Positions 1 to 7,561 of a stretch of DNA of 11,917 bases are shown here, piece by piece. The translations under genes and the position numbers were made by a program. The notes below the pieces were generated by a model, which was not told the DNA's origin, searched no databases, and saw only the letters and a list, made by a program, of their open reading frames with translations. Each line of letters starts with the position of its first letter. The stretch's first letter is position 1. This DNA is from Promethearchaeota archaeon (lineage in GTDB: Archaea > Asgardarchaeota > Lokiarchaeia > Sigyniarchaeales > SOKP01), in contig JBHLMQ010000075.1 in assembly GCA_048938005.1 (NCBI GenBank), positions 1 through 11,917 of the forward strand, in the 5' to 3' direction.

Positions 1-2
1 CA

Positions 3-320
3 GATAATGTTTGGGGGAATCCCTATGAAGGGGGAACATTTTCTCATTTAGAAGAGTTATTTATGTACGATATTACAAATAAAAGTTCTCGTAAAGCTGC
101 GATTCATTACCTTAATTCGGTGATAGAAGCAAGTAAAACACATCCTCTTGGAATTGGCTTAGGAATAGGGGATATGGAAGGAAATGTACATCAATGTGAT
201 ATATTTGGACCGATTACAAGTAATTACCACACATGGATGAAAGCAATCAAATATGAATTTGATCCAAATAATGCTTCAGATCCAGGAAATTACACTGATG
301 GGAAAAAATTTGAAAGATAA
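3..320 (+). CDS. C-terminal part (5'-truncated by window edge) of a probable FAD-linked oxidoreductase, FAD-oxidase_C / GlcD-like
   Basis: The frame of ORF 63..320 is open back to position 3 (DNVWGNPYEGGTFSHLEELF-MYDIT...), so ATG63 is probably internal. The C-terminus WMKAIKYEFDPNNASDPGNY resembles the 'xIKxxFDPxxxxNPG' tail of VAO/GlcD-type FAD-linked oxidases. Confidence 0.6.
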   Translation, partial: DNVWGNPYEGGTFSHLEELFMYDITNKSSRKAAIHYLNSVIEASKTHPLGIGLGIGDMEGNVHQCDIFGPITSNYHTWMKAIKYEFDPNNASDPGNYTDGKKFER

Positions 321-328
321 TTTTTTTT
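321..328 (+). terminator. Putative archaeal oligo-T terminator
   Basis: T8 run directly after the TAA at 318-320; weak evidence in such an AT-rich background. Confidence 0.35.
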
Positions 329-495
329 AAAAAATCTTTATAATAAAATAAATCAAGATTATTGAATTTTCTAATTTATTTAATATTGAAATCTTTTTTT
401 TTGTAATCTGTTTTATCGATCTATTTTGAGAAATTAGTTTGAAAAAGTTTTAATTGGAATTCTTTATTTTAAATTATAATTAGAATTAATGGAAA

Positions 496-1869
496 ATGAA
501 TTATATAATGGTTTATAAATATTCTGTAAGTATTTTAGGAACTGGCTTCATTGGGCTTTGCTCGGCAGTCTGTTTTGCCAATAAAGATATAAAAGTATTA
601 ACATCAACTCATAATGAAAAAAAAGCTGCCATCATCAATGATGGAAAGGCTCCTTTTTTTGAAGCAGGACTCCAGGAAATGATGGATAATATTAAAGAAA
701 ATAATCCTGAGCTATTACAATGTCTAACTGATCCTATAAAAGCAATAATAGAAACAGATATTTCCATGATTACACAGGGTACTCCAATGAGAGAAGATAA
801 AAGCATTGATTTAAGTTTTATTGAGAGTACGGCAAGAGAGATCGGAGAAGCTCTTAAAACAAAAAATAAATATCATTTGGTTGTTGTCAGATCAACTGTA
901 GTTCCTGGAACTACTAGAAATTTAGTATCTAAGATAATAAATGAAGTTTCAGGAAAAGAACCAGAAATCGATTATGGATTATGTATGCAACCTGAATTTC
1001 TAGCAGAAGGCCGTTCAATTGAAGATACTTTACATCCAGATAGAATTGTAATAGGAGAATTTGATGAAAAAAGTGGTGCTATGCTTCAAGAATTCTATGA
1101 ATATTTTTATGGAGATCATCTGAAAAATTGCCCAATATTACGTATGAATTTGGAAAGTGCTGAATTAGTTAAATATGGAAATAATTGTTTGTTATCAACA
1201 AAAATTAGTTATGCTAATGAATTTGCCAATTTTGCTGAACTGGTACCGAATGTTGATATAGTTCAGGTTATGAAAGGAGTAGGTCTTGATTATAGAATTA
1301 ATCCAAGATTTTTAGGTGCTGGAGTTGGTTTTGGTGGTTCATGTTTTCATAAGGACGTTAATGCTATAAAAGCTTGGTCAAAATCCAAAGGTTATACATC
1401 ACGGTTACTAGAAGCCGTTTTAGATATAAATGATGACCAAGCAATACATATAGTTAATACTGCCGAAAATTTGGTAGGAAAGTTAGCAGGAAAAAGAATT
1501 ACATTGTTAGGACTTGCATTTAAGCCTGGAACAGATGATATGAGGGAAGCAGCAAGTATACGAGTTATTAACGAATTAAGAAAAAGAGGAGCTACTAATA
1601 TTGTTGGATATGATCCTAAAGCTCTTAAAACTGCTGAAGCGGAATTAGGTGATATAATACAATATGCTGGTTCTAAGGAAGAAGCTTTGAAGGATTCTGA
1701 ATGTGCTCTATTAATTACAGAATGGGATGAATTTAAGAGATTAACACCAGATGATTTTAAGAAGTATATGAAAACACCTAATCTAATTGATGGAAGAAGA
1801 TTATATGATTATAATAGATTTAATGAAGCCTTGCCTTTTAGAGCTATTGGACGTATAAATTTAACTTAA
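496..1869 (+). CDS. ugd: UDP-glucose/GDP-mannose dehydrogenase family protein (nucleotide-sugar 6-dehydrogenase, Ugd/AglM-like)
   Basis: Rossmann ILGTGFIG, GTP, STVVPGTT, PEFLAEG, PDRIVIG, SAELVKY, catalytic GFGGSCFHKD (Cys283), LGLAFKPGTDDMRE, TEWDEF and DGR. The real start may be ATG508 (MVYKY...). Confidence 0.93.
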   Translation: MNYIMVYKYSVSILGTGFIGLCSAVCFANKDIKVLTSTHNEKKAAIINDGKAPFFEAGLQEMMDNIKENNPELLQCLTDPIKAIIETDISMITQGTPMREDKSIDLSFIESTAREIGEALKTKNKYHLVVVRSTVVPGTTRNLVSKIINEVSGKEPEIDYGLCMQPEFLAEGRSIEDTLHPDRIVIGEFDEKSGAMLQEFYEYFYGDHLKNCPILRMNLESAELVKYGNNCLLSTKISYANEFANFAELVPNVDIVQVMKGVGLDYRINPRFLGAGVGFGGSCFHKDVNAIKAWSKSKGYTSRLLEAVLDINDDQAIHIVNTAENLVGKLAGKRITLLGLAFKPGTDDMREAASIRVINELRKRGATNIVGYDPKALKTAEAELGDIIQYAGSKEEALKDSECALLITEWDEFKRLTPDDFKKYMKTPNLIDGRRLYDYNRFNEALPFRAIGRINLT

Positions 1870-1903
1870 TTAAGATAAGATTTGGTAATATTACTGTGGA
1901 GTA

Positions 1904-2557
1904 TTAAGACTTTTTTAGCCAAGGACAGGATAAAAGACATACTAGACATCCATTATCTCCTAAACAAGTTTTAATATCTAAAACATCCTCTCTACATGAG
2001 GGATGATCTTCAAAAATAACAAACGTAAGTGCTTTCTGAGGGCATGCTTCTATACATTTTCGGCAATCACCACATCCATTTTTAATTACTTGATTAATTT
2101 GAAGTGGTAGGTCTGTCAAAATTGCAATTAAACGATGCAAGGGACCAAATTCAGGAGAAACAATTAATAATGACCTACCTTGCCAACCCAGGCCCGCTGT
2201 TTTTGCCAAGAGTTTTAGAGACATAAACCCTTTCCGATTAATAGGATCAAATTCATCCTCAGTGTGAATAATAAGTTGCTTATAACCCTTATCCTCCAAG
2301 TATTCCATTATAGAAAATGCAACATCTTCCAAAAATAATGCTGTCTTGCCACCGGAAGCTTTTTTCCCTAATTTTCCATATTGAGCACCTAATACAATGG
2401 CATATGGAAACATATTTATGAATTTTTCCAAATCTGTGGGAATTCCAGTTTCCATTTCCTTTAATAAGTGCATGTCAGCAACACCATAAGTATCAATTTC
2501 TAACTTTTCAATAAATTTTCTAAGATTTTTTGTTTCAATTATCTTTTTTTCTTCCAT
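1904..2557 (-). CDS. QueG (epoxyqueuosine reductase)/reductive dehalogenase-like 4Fe-4S protein
   Basis: AKTAGLGWQGRSLLIVSPEFGPLHRL..ILTDLPL matches the QueG/RdhA core. Two Fe-S motifs follow: CGDCRKCIEACP and C-x5-CLVCLLSCPW. Confidence 0.8.
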   Translation of the reverse strand: MEEKKIIETKNLRKFIEKLEIDTYGVADMHLLKEMETGIPTDLEKFINMFPYAIVLGAQYGKLGKKASGGKTALFLEDVAFSIMEYLEDKGYKQLIIHTEDEFDPINRKGFMSLKLLAKTAGLGWQGRSLLIVSPEFGPLHRLIAILTDLPLQINQVIKNGCGDCRKCIEACPQKALTFVIFEDHPSCREDVLDIKTCLGDNGCLVCLLSCPWLKKS

Positions 2558-2596
2558 ATTCTACAACTTTATTTTTTTAAACAAATTATTATTTGC

Positions 2597-2710
2597 CTAC
2601 TCTTTGCGCCGAATCAATTTAACCAAAAAAATTATAAGAAAAATACCTCCAATTGTAACACATATAATCGGAATCACCTCAGTAACGATCCCTATAAAAT
2701 TATAATATAT
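2597..2710 (-). pseudogene. Orphan C-terminal membrane-anchor fragment (possible gene remnant or micro-protein)
   Basis: Stop-to-stop frame with no ATG: IYYNFIGIVTEVIPIICVTIGGIFLIIFLVKLIRRKE*. It is one hydrophobic helix followed by a basic tail. Confidence 0.45.
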
Positions 2711-2764
2711 TTATTTTTAATACATTTGGATTATAGTACTTGGTTCAGAGTTTTATTGAATTAA

Positions 2765-3448
2765 CTATGGGATGATGGGTGGAAAAAATAATAGTGATAT
2801 TCCGATGAGTACTTCAAATAGAATCGCTACCAGACCACTGATAGATGATAAGGTTTCATAGGCTTTAACGTCAGGTTTTAGAAGTTTCATCCCATTAGCA
2901 AAGCCAATTAAAATGCTGGCAACTATTCCTATCCATCCAATAATGGGGAGTGCCAAACCATAGAAAACTATCACGATTGAAAATGCGAGTGTACCAACAG
3001 ACCAGCCGATCATTGCAAATGTAAATCTATAACTTTTTGTTTTGAGAATGTTACGATATGAATCCATCAACGAATCATTCTCCGCACCACTTTCAACTGA
3101 ATATTTTCCTGCTATATCAAGAAGTCCCCAGTAGTCCTTTTCATTATAGACTTGGATTGCACCTTCTGCTACTCTAAAGGTGACACAAACAATTCCAGGT
3201 AGTAGGTTATATGGACTAATAACAAAAAACAACATTATCGCAAGTGTAATGACGCAAACATGTTCTATGAGTGCTAACCCGATGCCAATTTTAAACTTTT
3301 TTGGATCTTTGTTAAATTTTTTCAGCTTATCGTCTGATTCATAATGTTTCGGCGTCGGTTCTAATATATATCCAAACAGAGCCATTGCAATTTGTAAAAC
3401 CAAAATAAGCAAATAAAGAAAACCAGATAACCAGATTTCAATACTCAA
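2765..3448 (-). CDS. DUF4386-like multi-pass membrane protein
   Basis: About 6 hydrophobic helices, N-terminal 'SGFLYL', 'FRVAEG', 'LPIIGWIGI' and 'LFEVLIGISLL' as recalled for DUF4386. TTG start with GGAGG 7 nt upstream. Confidence 0.75.
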   Translation of the reverse strand: MSIEIWLSGFLYLLILVLQIAMALFGYILEPTPKHYESDDKLKKFNKDPKKFKIGIGLALIEHVCVITLAIMLFFVISPYNLLPGIVCVTFRVAEGAIQVYNEKDYWGLLDIAGKYSVESGAENDSLMDSYRNILKTKSYRFTFAMIGWSVGTLAFSIVIVFYGLALPIIGWIGIVASILIGFANGMKLLKPDVKAYETLSSISGLVAILFEVLIGISLLFFPPIIP

Positions 3449-3455
3449 GGTGAAT

Positions 3456-3460
3456 CCTCC
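3456..3460 (-). promoter_or_regulatory. Shine-Dalgarno site (GGAGG) supporting the TTG start at 3448
   Basis: The minus strand reads GGAGG-attcacc-TTG. Confidence 0.65.
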
Positions 3461-3568
3461 AATCTATTCTTCATTTTTTTCAGATTTTTTTTGAATTTAT
3501 AATACTTAGTATAAAATTAATTATGCTTGTTAATAATTATTATTAAATTTAATATAGAAAAGAAAATA

Positions 3569-4513
3569 CTAATTATGTTCTACAGTTATTACTATATTCC
3601 CCTTTTTATGCCCTGTTTCGACATATCTGTGAGCCTCGACAATATCTTCCCAGGAATAATGTCGATCTATAGCCGAAGTTAAATTTCCCGTCTCAATTAA
3701 CTCCTTAATAAAGATCAAATCCTCAGTCCTTAATTTTCTTCCGGAGTCCTTAATAACATTAAGATAGGTTCCACCTTTCTTTAGAGCCTTTTTACCATGT
3801 GAAGGCGAAAGCTTGGCTACTGCATCAAAGATAACATCATAAATCTCGCGGCTTTGGGTAAAATCCTCTTTAGTGTAATCAATTACTTTATCTGCTCCGA
3901 GGGATTTCACCAATTCTAAATTTGTGGTACTGCAAACTCCGGTGACTTCTGCTCCGAAGTACTTAGCAATCTGTACTCCGAAAGTACCTACACTTCCAGA
4001 AGCTCCATAGATAAGAATTTTTTGATCCCTCTTGATATTTGCCTTTCTAAGAATATTCGATGCTGTAATTCCCCCAGAAGCAAAACCAGCAGCGGCCTCT
4101 TCAATAGTTATATTTGTTGGCTTTAGTACCAGTATTCGATCTTCAGGTAAACATTTGTACTCCGCATAAGCACCAAACTTCATTTCTGTAGAGCCAAAAA
4201 CCTGATCCCCTTTCTTAAACCGCTTAACATCCTTTCCAATTGATTCAACTTCTCCGGCTAGTTCCATCCCTAGAATAGGTTTTTTGGGTTTTCTAATCCC
4301 TAACATTAAATGCAACATGAGAGTTTGAAGTTTGGAAGTTGGATGTTTGCCTCTTCGCACTATCACATCCCCTATTGTTACTGATGTCGCATGAACTTTT
4401 ATAAGGACTTCATTATCCTTAGGGGTTGGTTTTTCAACTTCCTTGAAATGAAGAACCTCCGGAGGCCCATATTTTTCATAGACAATTACTTTCATTTTCT
4501 CTTTATTTTCCAT
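3569..4513 (-). CDS. Zinc-independent medium-chain dehydrogenase/reductase (NAD(P)-dependent alcohol dehydrogenase / quinone oxidoreductase-like)
   Basis: [35 protein letters not shown], nucleotide-binding [20 protein letters not shown] and [16 protein letters not shown]. No catalytic or structural Zn ligands. GGTGA RBS at 4520-4524. Confidence 0.9.
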   Translation of the reverse strand: MENKEKMKVIVYEKYGPPEVLHFKEVEKPTPKDNEVLIKVHATSVTIGDVIVRRGKHPTSKLQTLMLHLMLGIRKPKKPILGMELAGEVESIGKDVKRFKKGDQVFGSTEMKFGAYAEYKCLPEDRILVLKPTNITIEEAAAGFASGGITASNILRKANIKRDQKILIYGASGSVGTFGVQIAKYFGAEVTGVCSTTNLELVKSLGADKVIDYTKEDFTQSREIYDVIFDAVAKLSPSHGKKALKKGGTYLNVIKDSGRKLRTEDLIFIKELIETGNLTSAIDRHYSWEDIVEAHRYVETGHKKGNIVITVEHN

Positions 4514-4560
4514 TTTTTCTCACCATTTTAGCTTTAAAAAATGCTATTATTACATGACAA

Positions 4561-4929
4561 TTAAATAAGAATTTGAGTCAATGCATACCAAATAGTCAGT
4601 GCATTAAATCCAAAACTTACAATGATCAAAAATATATCATAACTTTTATAACTCTTTATTCCAATGAGATTAAAAACAATAAAGAAAATGGCTATGATAA
4701 GATTTACCCAGCCATTCAAAGGATTATCCAATATGAGGGATAGAAAAATCATAATAATTGGTATCACCATTATTATTGCTGCTCCAAGCCAGACTTTCTG
4801 AGTCACTGGTTTGCCATCCATTTCTCCTGGTTTAAAATCCCCAGCAAATATACGCATTACATCACCTAACAAATAACATAACATTGTAGCTACCCATAGG
4901 AATGAAAGTATTATCTTTACATCAACCAT
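4561..4929 (-). CDS. DUF6326-like small membrane protein (about 4 TM helices)
   Basis: N-terminal 'DVKIILSFLWVATMLCYLLGDV' and 'IPIIMIFLSL...WVNLI' patterns as recalled for DUF6326; four hydrophobic segments. Confidence 0.7.
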   Translation of the reverse strand: MVDVKIILSFLWVATMLCYLLGDVMRIFAGDFKPGEMDGKPVTQKVWLGAAIIMVIPIIMIFLSLILDNPLNGWVNLIIAIFFIVFNLIGIKSYKSYDIFLIIVSFGFNALTIWYALTQILI

Positions 4930-4990
4930 ATTTCTGACACATCCTCTGTTGTACTGATATTAAATTATAATCACTTTCATTTCTCAAATC

Positions 4991-5007
4991 ATATAAAATT
5001 TTTCTTT
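4991..5007 (-). promoter_or_regulatory. Putative BRE/TATA promoter of the DUF6326-like / MDR genes
   Basis: The minus strand reads aaagaaaaa-TTTTATAT, ending about 60 nt upstream of ATG4929. Confidence 0.45.
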
Positions 5008-5227
5008 TTATCCTATTAGACAATATTCTTTATTTCTTCAGCTAAAAGAATAATGAAATTATATCTAAGATGATAGGTTAAAATCTATTTATTTAGATTT
5101 CTAACATTACGTCAATGTAAACGACTTTTTTTGCTAAATTTTCGAGCATAAGTTAATTAAGAAATATTTAATATCATAATAACTTCTAAATAGGATTTGA
5201 TTCGAAAATGGATCATAAATTTAAATA

Positions 5228-5298
5228 ATGATCTTCATACAACTCTTTATGATAAACTGGTCTTGTAATTCTATAAAATAACTCTAATGTGAATTTAT
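5228..5298 (-). pseudogene. Relic of the 3' region of a divergent korB (2-oxoacid:ferredoxin oxidoreductase beta) allele; imperfect direct repeat of 6793-6863
   Basis: 5228-5260 matches 6793-6825 at 31/33 nt, including the exact 20-mer aactctttatgataaactgg. The alignment extends ungapped over 71 nt. Translation KFTLELFYRITRPVYHKELYEDH versus intact KYTIGVFYRTNKPVYHKELYGDH. Confidence 0.85.
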
Positions 5299-5306
5299 AG
5301 AACGTT

Positions 5307-6554
5307 CTATTTTCCTACTAAATAAATTAATCCCTCTGCTATTGAACCTCGGAAACAAACAAAGTCATGCCCTCCAAGAAATTCCGTGTAGCAGACGGGA
5401 TATCCTTTTTCTAATAACACTGTATGGAAATGACGATTGGCATTAAATATCCCTGAAGGACTAGCTGCCTCAAGTACTCCTACGTCGATATAAAATTTTA
5501 AAGGCAATAATTTGTTTTGAGCGAATTGATTGGCGAACTCTTCTCCCAACTTCCAATAAGATCCTGATGTAGATATTACATTACCAAAGATCTCTGGATG
5601 TTTAAATGCTATAAATGTAGACATAATAGCTCCAGCACTAGTTCCAGCAACAACAGATTGAGAGGGACTAGTAGTGATATTGAAATTCTCCCTAACCCAA
5701 GGTAATAATTCTTTAATGATATATTCCACAAATCTAGGATTAGCGGATAATTCATTATTTCTTAAGTTAGGGTTGCTTGAGCCATAATTTTCTACCATTG
5801 TAGCAACTATGGGAGGAATTTTATCATCTGCAATTAGATTATCAAGAGTAGAGGATACTTTAGCATTCTCTTCATAGAGTATTCCATCAAATAATAAAAG
5901 AAAATAATATGGTATATGTTTTTTAGAATAGTTTGGGGGGGTATAAACTAAGATTTGACGTTCATTTTCTAATACTTCACTATAAGATGTAAATTCCTCC
6001 ACTTTACCATGATCTATATTAATTCTATTGCCATACCAAGGTTGGGGAGGAGCCTCAGGAGATTCAATTTCATGAATTGGAATACTAATTCCCTTTATTT
6101 TAGATATGGACTTTTTAGAGTTAAAAGGATCAAGAACAATCGTATCTAAATATTTAACCCAATTTTCTTGGGGGTTTTTTGGTTCTAGTGGATTATTTTT
6201 ACTTAAAATATAGGTTGCCCTAATTCCTTTAAGAATCTTATATGATTTGAAATATACATTTGTACCTTTGATTCTTTCTAGTATGCACTCTTTTATGTCT
6301 TGAGTCAAAAACATATTCTGAAGATATATACGTATATAACAAACAATATTTTCTATTTCCTCATCTTCCCTAAAAACAAAAGTAATCAGGTTATATTTAT
6401 TATCCCCTTCAATATCCTCAAAAATAGGTGTGCCAATTTCTTCAATCTTCTTCCAGAACTTCGAGATTGCCGTCTTCTTATCGATCTTGATTTCTTCTCG
6501 AAAGTTTAATATCATTGGACTTAAAATCTGGGACTTTAAACCTAAATTTGACAT
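5307..6554 (-). CDS. fes: Enterochelin esterase-like alpha/beta hydrolase (Fes family, with N-terminal DUF3327-like region)
   Basis: GTPIFE..LITFVFR N-terminus, DPFN, PEAPPQPW, RQILVYTPP, LLLFDG, nucleophile GTSAG, FGNVISTSGSYW, DVGVLE and GGHD. This is a family-level call; the substrate is not established. Confidence 0.85.
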   Translation of the reverse strand: MSNLGLKSQILSPMILNFREEIKIDKKTAISKFWKKIEEIGTPIFEDIEGDNKYNLITFVFREDEEIENIVCYIRIYLQNMFLTQDIKECILERIKGTNVYFKSYKILKGIRATYILSKNNPLEPKNPQENWVKYLDTIVLDPFNSKKSISKIKGISIPIHEIESPEAPPQPWYGNRINIDHGKVEEFTSYSEVLENERQILVYTPPNYSKKHIPYYFLLLFDGILYEENAKVSSTLDNLIADDKIPPIVATMVENYGSSNPNLRNNELSANPRFVEYIIKELLPWVRENFNITTSPSQSVVAGTSAGAIMSTFIAFKHPEIFGNVISTSGSYWKLGEEFANQFAQNKLLPLKFYIDVGVLEAASPSGIFNANRHFHTVLLEKGYPVCYTEFLGGHDFVCFRGSIAEGLIYLVGK

Positions 6555-6583
6555 GGATTCTCACTATTTTTAATCTCATAAAT

Positions 6584-6599
6584 TATTTAAAAATTTTCC
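6584..6599 (-). promoter_or_regulatory. Putative BRE/TATA promoter of the esterase gene
   Basis: The minus strand reads GGAAAA-tt-TTTAAATA, ending 30 nt upstream of ATG6554. Confidence 0.5.
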
Positions 6600-6662
6600 T
6601 AAAGTTCAAGAGATTATGAATTAATTTTTAATTTTCTTCTATTGGATTTTAAGAAGATATTA

Positions 6663-6695
6663 AAAATGAAGTCATTTTAATAAGATTATTAAAAT
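6663..6695. repeat. Two overlapping inverted repeats in the korB-esterase spacer
   Basis: attttaataa-ga-ttattaaaat (6674-6695, perfect 10-bp arms) and aaaatga-ag-tcatttt (6663-6678, 7-bp arms). Confidence 0.55.
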
Positions 6696-6720
6696 TCCTA
6701 GGCATGACAACAATTATTCT

Positions 6721-7560
6721 TTATAAAGATCCAAGAATTGTTTGGATTTTTTCTAATCTTACGACTCTCGGTATTTTTTTTGTAACTGGATTATGATCTC
6801 CATATAACTCTTTATGATAAACTGGCTTATTAGTTCTATAGAAAACTCCGATTGTATATTTATGTTTCTTTTTAGCAGCCTTAATAGCTTCAAAATAAGT
6901 CTCTGGTTGTTTTTCAAGATACTCAATTCGTTCTCTATATTCCTCCCAATTATGGTATGGAACAGCAGGTTGCAAGACTTCTATAAAAGCAAAACCTTCG
7001 TGTTCAACTCCTTGAACAATAAGATTAGTGAGATGTTTTATATCTCCCGCAAAACCTCTCGCAACAAAAGTAGCACCTGCTTCAATCATTAAAGAAATTG
7101 GATTAAATGGTTGTTCGTAGCTACCTCTGGGTGTAGAGGGGCCTTTCCAACCTTTTTCTGCTAATGGAGAAAATTGGCCTGTTGTAAGGGCATACACACT
7201 ATTATTATGTAAAATAAATGTTATATCTTGGTTCCTTTTCGCTGCGAACATTGTGTGTGCCAATCCTTCCGCTAATCCATTAGCATCTCCAGAAAAGTTT
7301 ATTATTTTAAGGTCGGGATTTGCGATTTTAATACCTTCTGAGTTTGAACAATTGCGACCATGTAATCCATAAATTCCACTTAAATTAAGATAATCAAAAA
7401 TTTTAGCATGACATCCAATCCCAGCTGTCATAACAATATTTTCTCTTTTAATGCCTTTTTGTTCTAATATAGGAATTGCATTTCTTATAGCTGTGAAGAT
7501 TCCAAAATTTCCACATCCTGGACACCAAGTAATTTCAGCATATGTTTTTAGATCTTCCAT
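6721..7560 (-). CDS. korB: 2-oxoacid:ferredoxin oxidoreductase subunit beta (TPP-binding)
   Basis: WCPGCG, GIGC, LHGR, TPP motif GDAN...HNNSVYALTTGQFSP, GATFVARG and FAFIEVLQP. Substrate specificity cannot be determined from sequence. Confidence 0.93.
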   Translation of the reverse strand: MEDLKTYAEITWCPGCGNFGIFTAIRNAIPILEQKGIKRENIVMTAGIGCHAKIFDYLNLSGIYGLHGRNCSNSEGIKIANPDLKIINFSGDANGLAEGLAHTMFAAKRNQDITFILHNNSVYALTTGQFSPLAEKGWKGPSTPRGSYEQPFNPISLMIEAGATFVARGFAGDIKHLTNLIVQGVEHEGFAFIEVLQPAVPYHNWEEYRERIEYLEKQPETYFEAIKAAKKKHKYTIGVFYRTNKPVYHKELYGDHNPVTKKIPRVVRLEKIQTILGSL

Positions 7561-7561
7561 C

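Noticed and set aside
63-320. Stand-alone 85-aa protein starting at ATG63
   Set aside because: The frame is open to the window edge, so this is more likely the tail of a longer gene.
609-806. 65-aa minus-strand ORF
   Set aside because: It lies antisense within the well-supported dehydrogenase gene and has no recognisable motif.
2620-2681. GAGGTGA followed by a 14-codon ORF (MCYNWRYFSYNFFG*) on the minus strand
   Set aside because: The SD-like word is explained by codons E-V of the overlapping membrane-anchor frame, and the peptide has no supporting features.
3502-3546. AT-rich palindromes atact-t-agtat and ttaataat-t-attattaa
   Set aside because: Expected by chance in an extremely AT-rich spacer.
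5017-5070. ILLAEEIKNIV* as a relic of the KorA C-terminus (IELSKKIKEVLQ*)
   Set aside because: The similarity is short and weak, and it lies downstream of the korB relic, the wrong order for a korAB remnant.
6300-6509. 69-aa plus-strand ORF
   Set aside because: Antisense shadow of the esterase gene; composition is typical of AT-rich non-coding frames.
6814-7092. 92-aa plus-strand ORF
   Set aside because: Antisense shadow of korB with no motif support.
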